Assembly: GCF_006345805.1 (NCBI RefSeq)
Contig: NW_021828017.1
Coordinates: 1 to 8,947, forward strand
Reading direction: 5' to 3'
Length of the DNA: 8,947 nt
From: Octopus sinensis
Taxonomy: Eukaryota
Below, piece by piece: positions 7,221 to 8,947 of the stretch. The position numbers and the translations under genes are program-made. The notes below the pieces were generated by a model, which was not told the DNA's origin, ran no database searches, and saw nothing but the letters and a program-made list of their open reading frames with translations. Position 1 is the stretch's first letter. Every line of letters starts with the position of its first letter.

Positions 7221-7402
7221 TTTTCTACTCTAGGCACAAGGCCCGAAATTTTGGGGGAAGGGGCCAGTCGATCAGATCGATCCCAGTACGCAACTAGTAA
7301 TTTTTTTATCTATCCAGAAAGGTTGAAAAGCAAAGTCGACTCCGGCAGAATTTGAACTCAGAACGTAGAGGCAGACGAAATACCGCTAACCATTTCGCCC
7401 GG
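7221..7402 (-). mobile_element. Family B SINE, 5'-truncated, inverted (B5)
   Basis: The reverse complement matches monomer 6794-6993, including the tail GTGCCTAGAGTAGAAAA. Flanked by GGATTATTAAAATATTA (7204-7220) and GGATTATCAAAATATTA (7409-7425). Confidence 0.9.
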
Positions 7403-7546
7403 GTTTGAGGATTATCAAAATATTAGCTATCAATTTGTGATTTCTAGCAGTTAATTCTTGTCAGAAACATTAAATGAATGTATGAATCATTGGCATATAG
7501 AACGTTAATAAATAGCAGGTCTTATTAGAGATACATAACTGTTCAG

Positions 7547-7567
7547 ATATATATATATATATATATA

Positions 7568-7631
<64 letters not shown>

Positions 7632-7699
7632 TATATTATTATATTATATTACATTAAATTAGAGATAAAACCACTATTAGGCAAATCAAACAAATATTT

Positions 7700-7751
<52 letters not shown>
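7547..7751. repeat. (TA)n microsatellites enclosing a ~50-bp unique island (7651-7700)
   Basis: Direct reading of the sequence. Confidence 0.9.
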
Positions 7752-7753
<2 letters not shown>

Positions 7754-7758
7754 CACCA

Positions 7759-7997
7759 CACCTCAGATTAAATATATAAACACGAAGGCAATCAATTATA
7801 TGCTCTTGTTTATACATCTTAAGGTTTTTCAATCAACTGCGCAGGCGGGCACTCCTCGTCGGCAAAAAAAAATAAGTTGGCACTTTTTTTATTGCCGACG
7901 AGGAGCTGCGCCTGCGCAGTAGATTTGAAAGAATTAGGATGTATAAACGAGAGGCATATAATTGATTGCCTCTTGTTTATATATCTAATCTAAGGTG
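7759..7997. mobile_element. Foldback/MITE-like palindromic element
   Basis: The arm CACCTCAGATTAAATATATAAACAC... (7759 onward) is roughly 80-85% complementary by eye to ...GTTTATATATCTAATCTAAGGTG (ending 7997). Perfect 14-bp core at 7852-7865 / 7892-7905. Right flank TA, left flank CA. Confidence 0.75.
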
Positions 7998-8164
7998 TAC
8001 CTGTTGATAACGATTTCACCTAGCAAATTATCTTATTTGCTAAACTAAAATCAGAAACCAATTGGTCCAGGAAATTAGATGATAAATGTTTTTATTTTTC
8101 ATTTCGTTCCTTTCGAGATTTTATCCCTAATTTTGTGGTTTTGGAACCTAGCTGTTCTTTCTAG

Positions 8165-8192
8165 CGTGATGAATCCCATGAGTGGATTCTTC
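8165..8192 (+). other. Weak candidate 28-nt micro-exon (RDESHEWIL in phase 0)
   Basis: Branch-like CTAAT at 8127-8131, TTCTTTCTAG acceptor ending at 8164, GTATGT donor at 8193. A competing AG lies at 8150-8151. There is no homology support. Confidence 0.12.
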
Positions 8193-8320
8193 GTATGTAT
8201 TTAGATGTACACTGTATTTTATGAATAATAAAGACTATGTCTTTGGACTAAATTTTTTACACACGCTAGGCCAATGGGAGTGAAAATTTCTATTAATTTT
8301 CATTTCCGTTCGATATGATT

Positions 8321-8328
8321 ATGTGTGT

Positions 8329-8403
<75 letters not shown>

Positions 8404-8440
8404 ATATATATACATGTGTGTGTGTTATATATATATCTAC

Positions 8441-8474
<34 letters not shown>

Positions 8475-8578
8475 CTATATATATATATTTACACATCTAC
8501 CACATATATATATACATACATAAAAATATATACATATATGTATATATGTATGTGTATATGTGTTCGTATGCGTATATA
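8321..8578. repeat. (TA)n/(CA)n/(TG)n compound microsatellite
   Basis: Direct reading of the sequence. Confidence 0.95.
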
Positions 8579-8947
8579 TTCTTTTATTCTTTTATTCGTT
8601 TCCGTCATTTGACTGTGGCCATGCTGGAGCACTGCCATTAGTCGAACGCATCGTCCCCAGGACTTATTCTTTGTAAGCCTAGTACGTATACTATCGGTTC
8701 TCTTTTGCCGAACTGCTAGTTATGGGGGGGGGGACAAACACAGACATACACAGACACAGACGCACACACAGACACACACAGATACACACACACACCACAC
8801 ACACACACACGCACGCACACAACACACACATATACGACGCGTTTCTTTCTGTTTCCGTCTACCAAATCCACTCACAAGGCTTTCGTCGGTCTGAGGCTAT
8901 AGCAGAAGAAACTTGCCCAAAATGCCCACGCAGTGGGACTGAACCCA
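8579..8947 (-). mobile_element. Family A SINE copy 3 with intact 3' tail; the head runs off the window
   Basis: Minus-strand tail ...ACAGTCAAATGACGGAAACGAATAAAAGAATAAAAG. The body is colinear with A1, the B box GGGACTGAACC is at the window end, and there is a 36-bp deletion at the G10 run 8724-8733. Confidence 0.9.

Noticed and set aside
5890-7355. ORFs 5890..6162, 6000..6353, 6094..6276, 6995..7237 and 7131..7355
   Set aside because: They fall within or mostly within SINE copies and are chance open frames.

Overview
Repeat-saturated, AT-rich eukaryotic non-coding DNA, probably intronic or intergenic. The SINE families look like those I recall from octopus (coleoid cephalopod) genomes; this assignment is from memory and was not searched. 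No intact protein-coding gene is supported. Most ORFs in the track are artefacts of microsatellites or SINEs, and only parts of 1589..1873 and 2434..2730 are real but dead LINE reverse-transcriptase remnants. The window holds (1) trinucleotide and (TA)n/(CA)n/(CTT)n simple-repeat fields, (2) a CR1-type LINE 3' fragment split by a ~400-bp non-autonomous RTE-like element, (3) three minus-strand copies of a tRNA/CORE-type SINE (family A), two with insertions at their internal microsatellite, (4) a pile-up of a second tRNA-SINE family (B) at 6378-7402 whose nested target-site duplications record three insertions into the same ~20-bp site, (5) a ~240-bp foldback whose arms each contain their own hairpin, (6) a heavily decayed LINE endonuclease remnant and (7) two weak micro-exon candidates. 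I found no convincing new biological system; the most interesting signals are mobile-element architecture and RNA-structure candidates.
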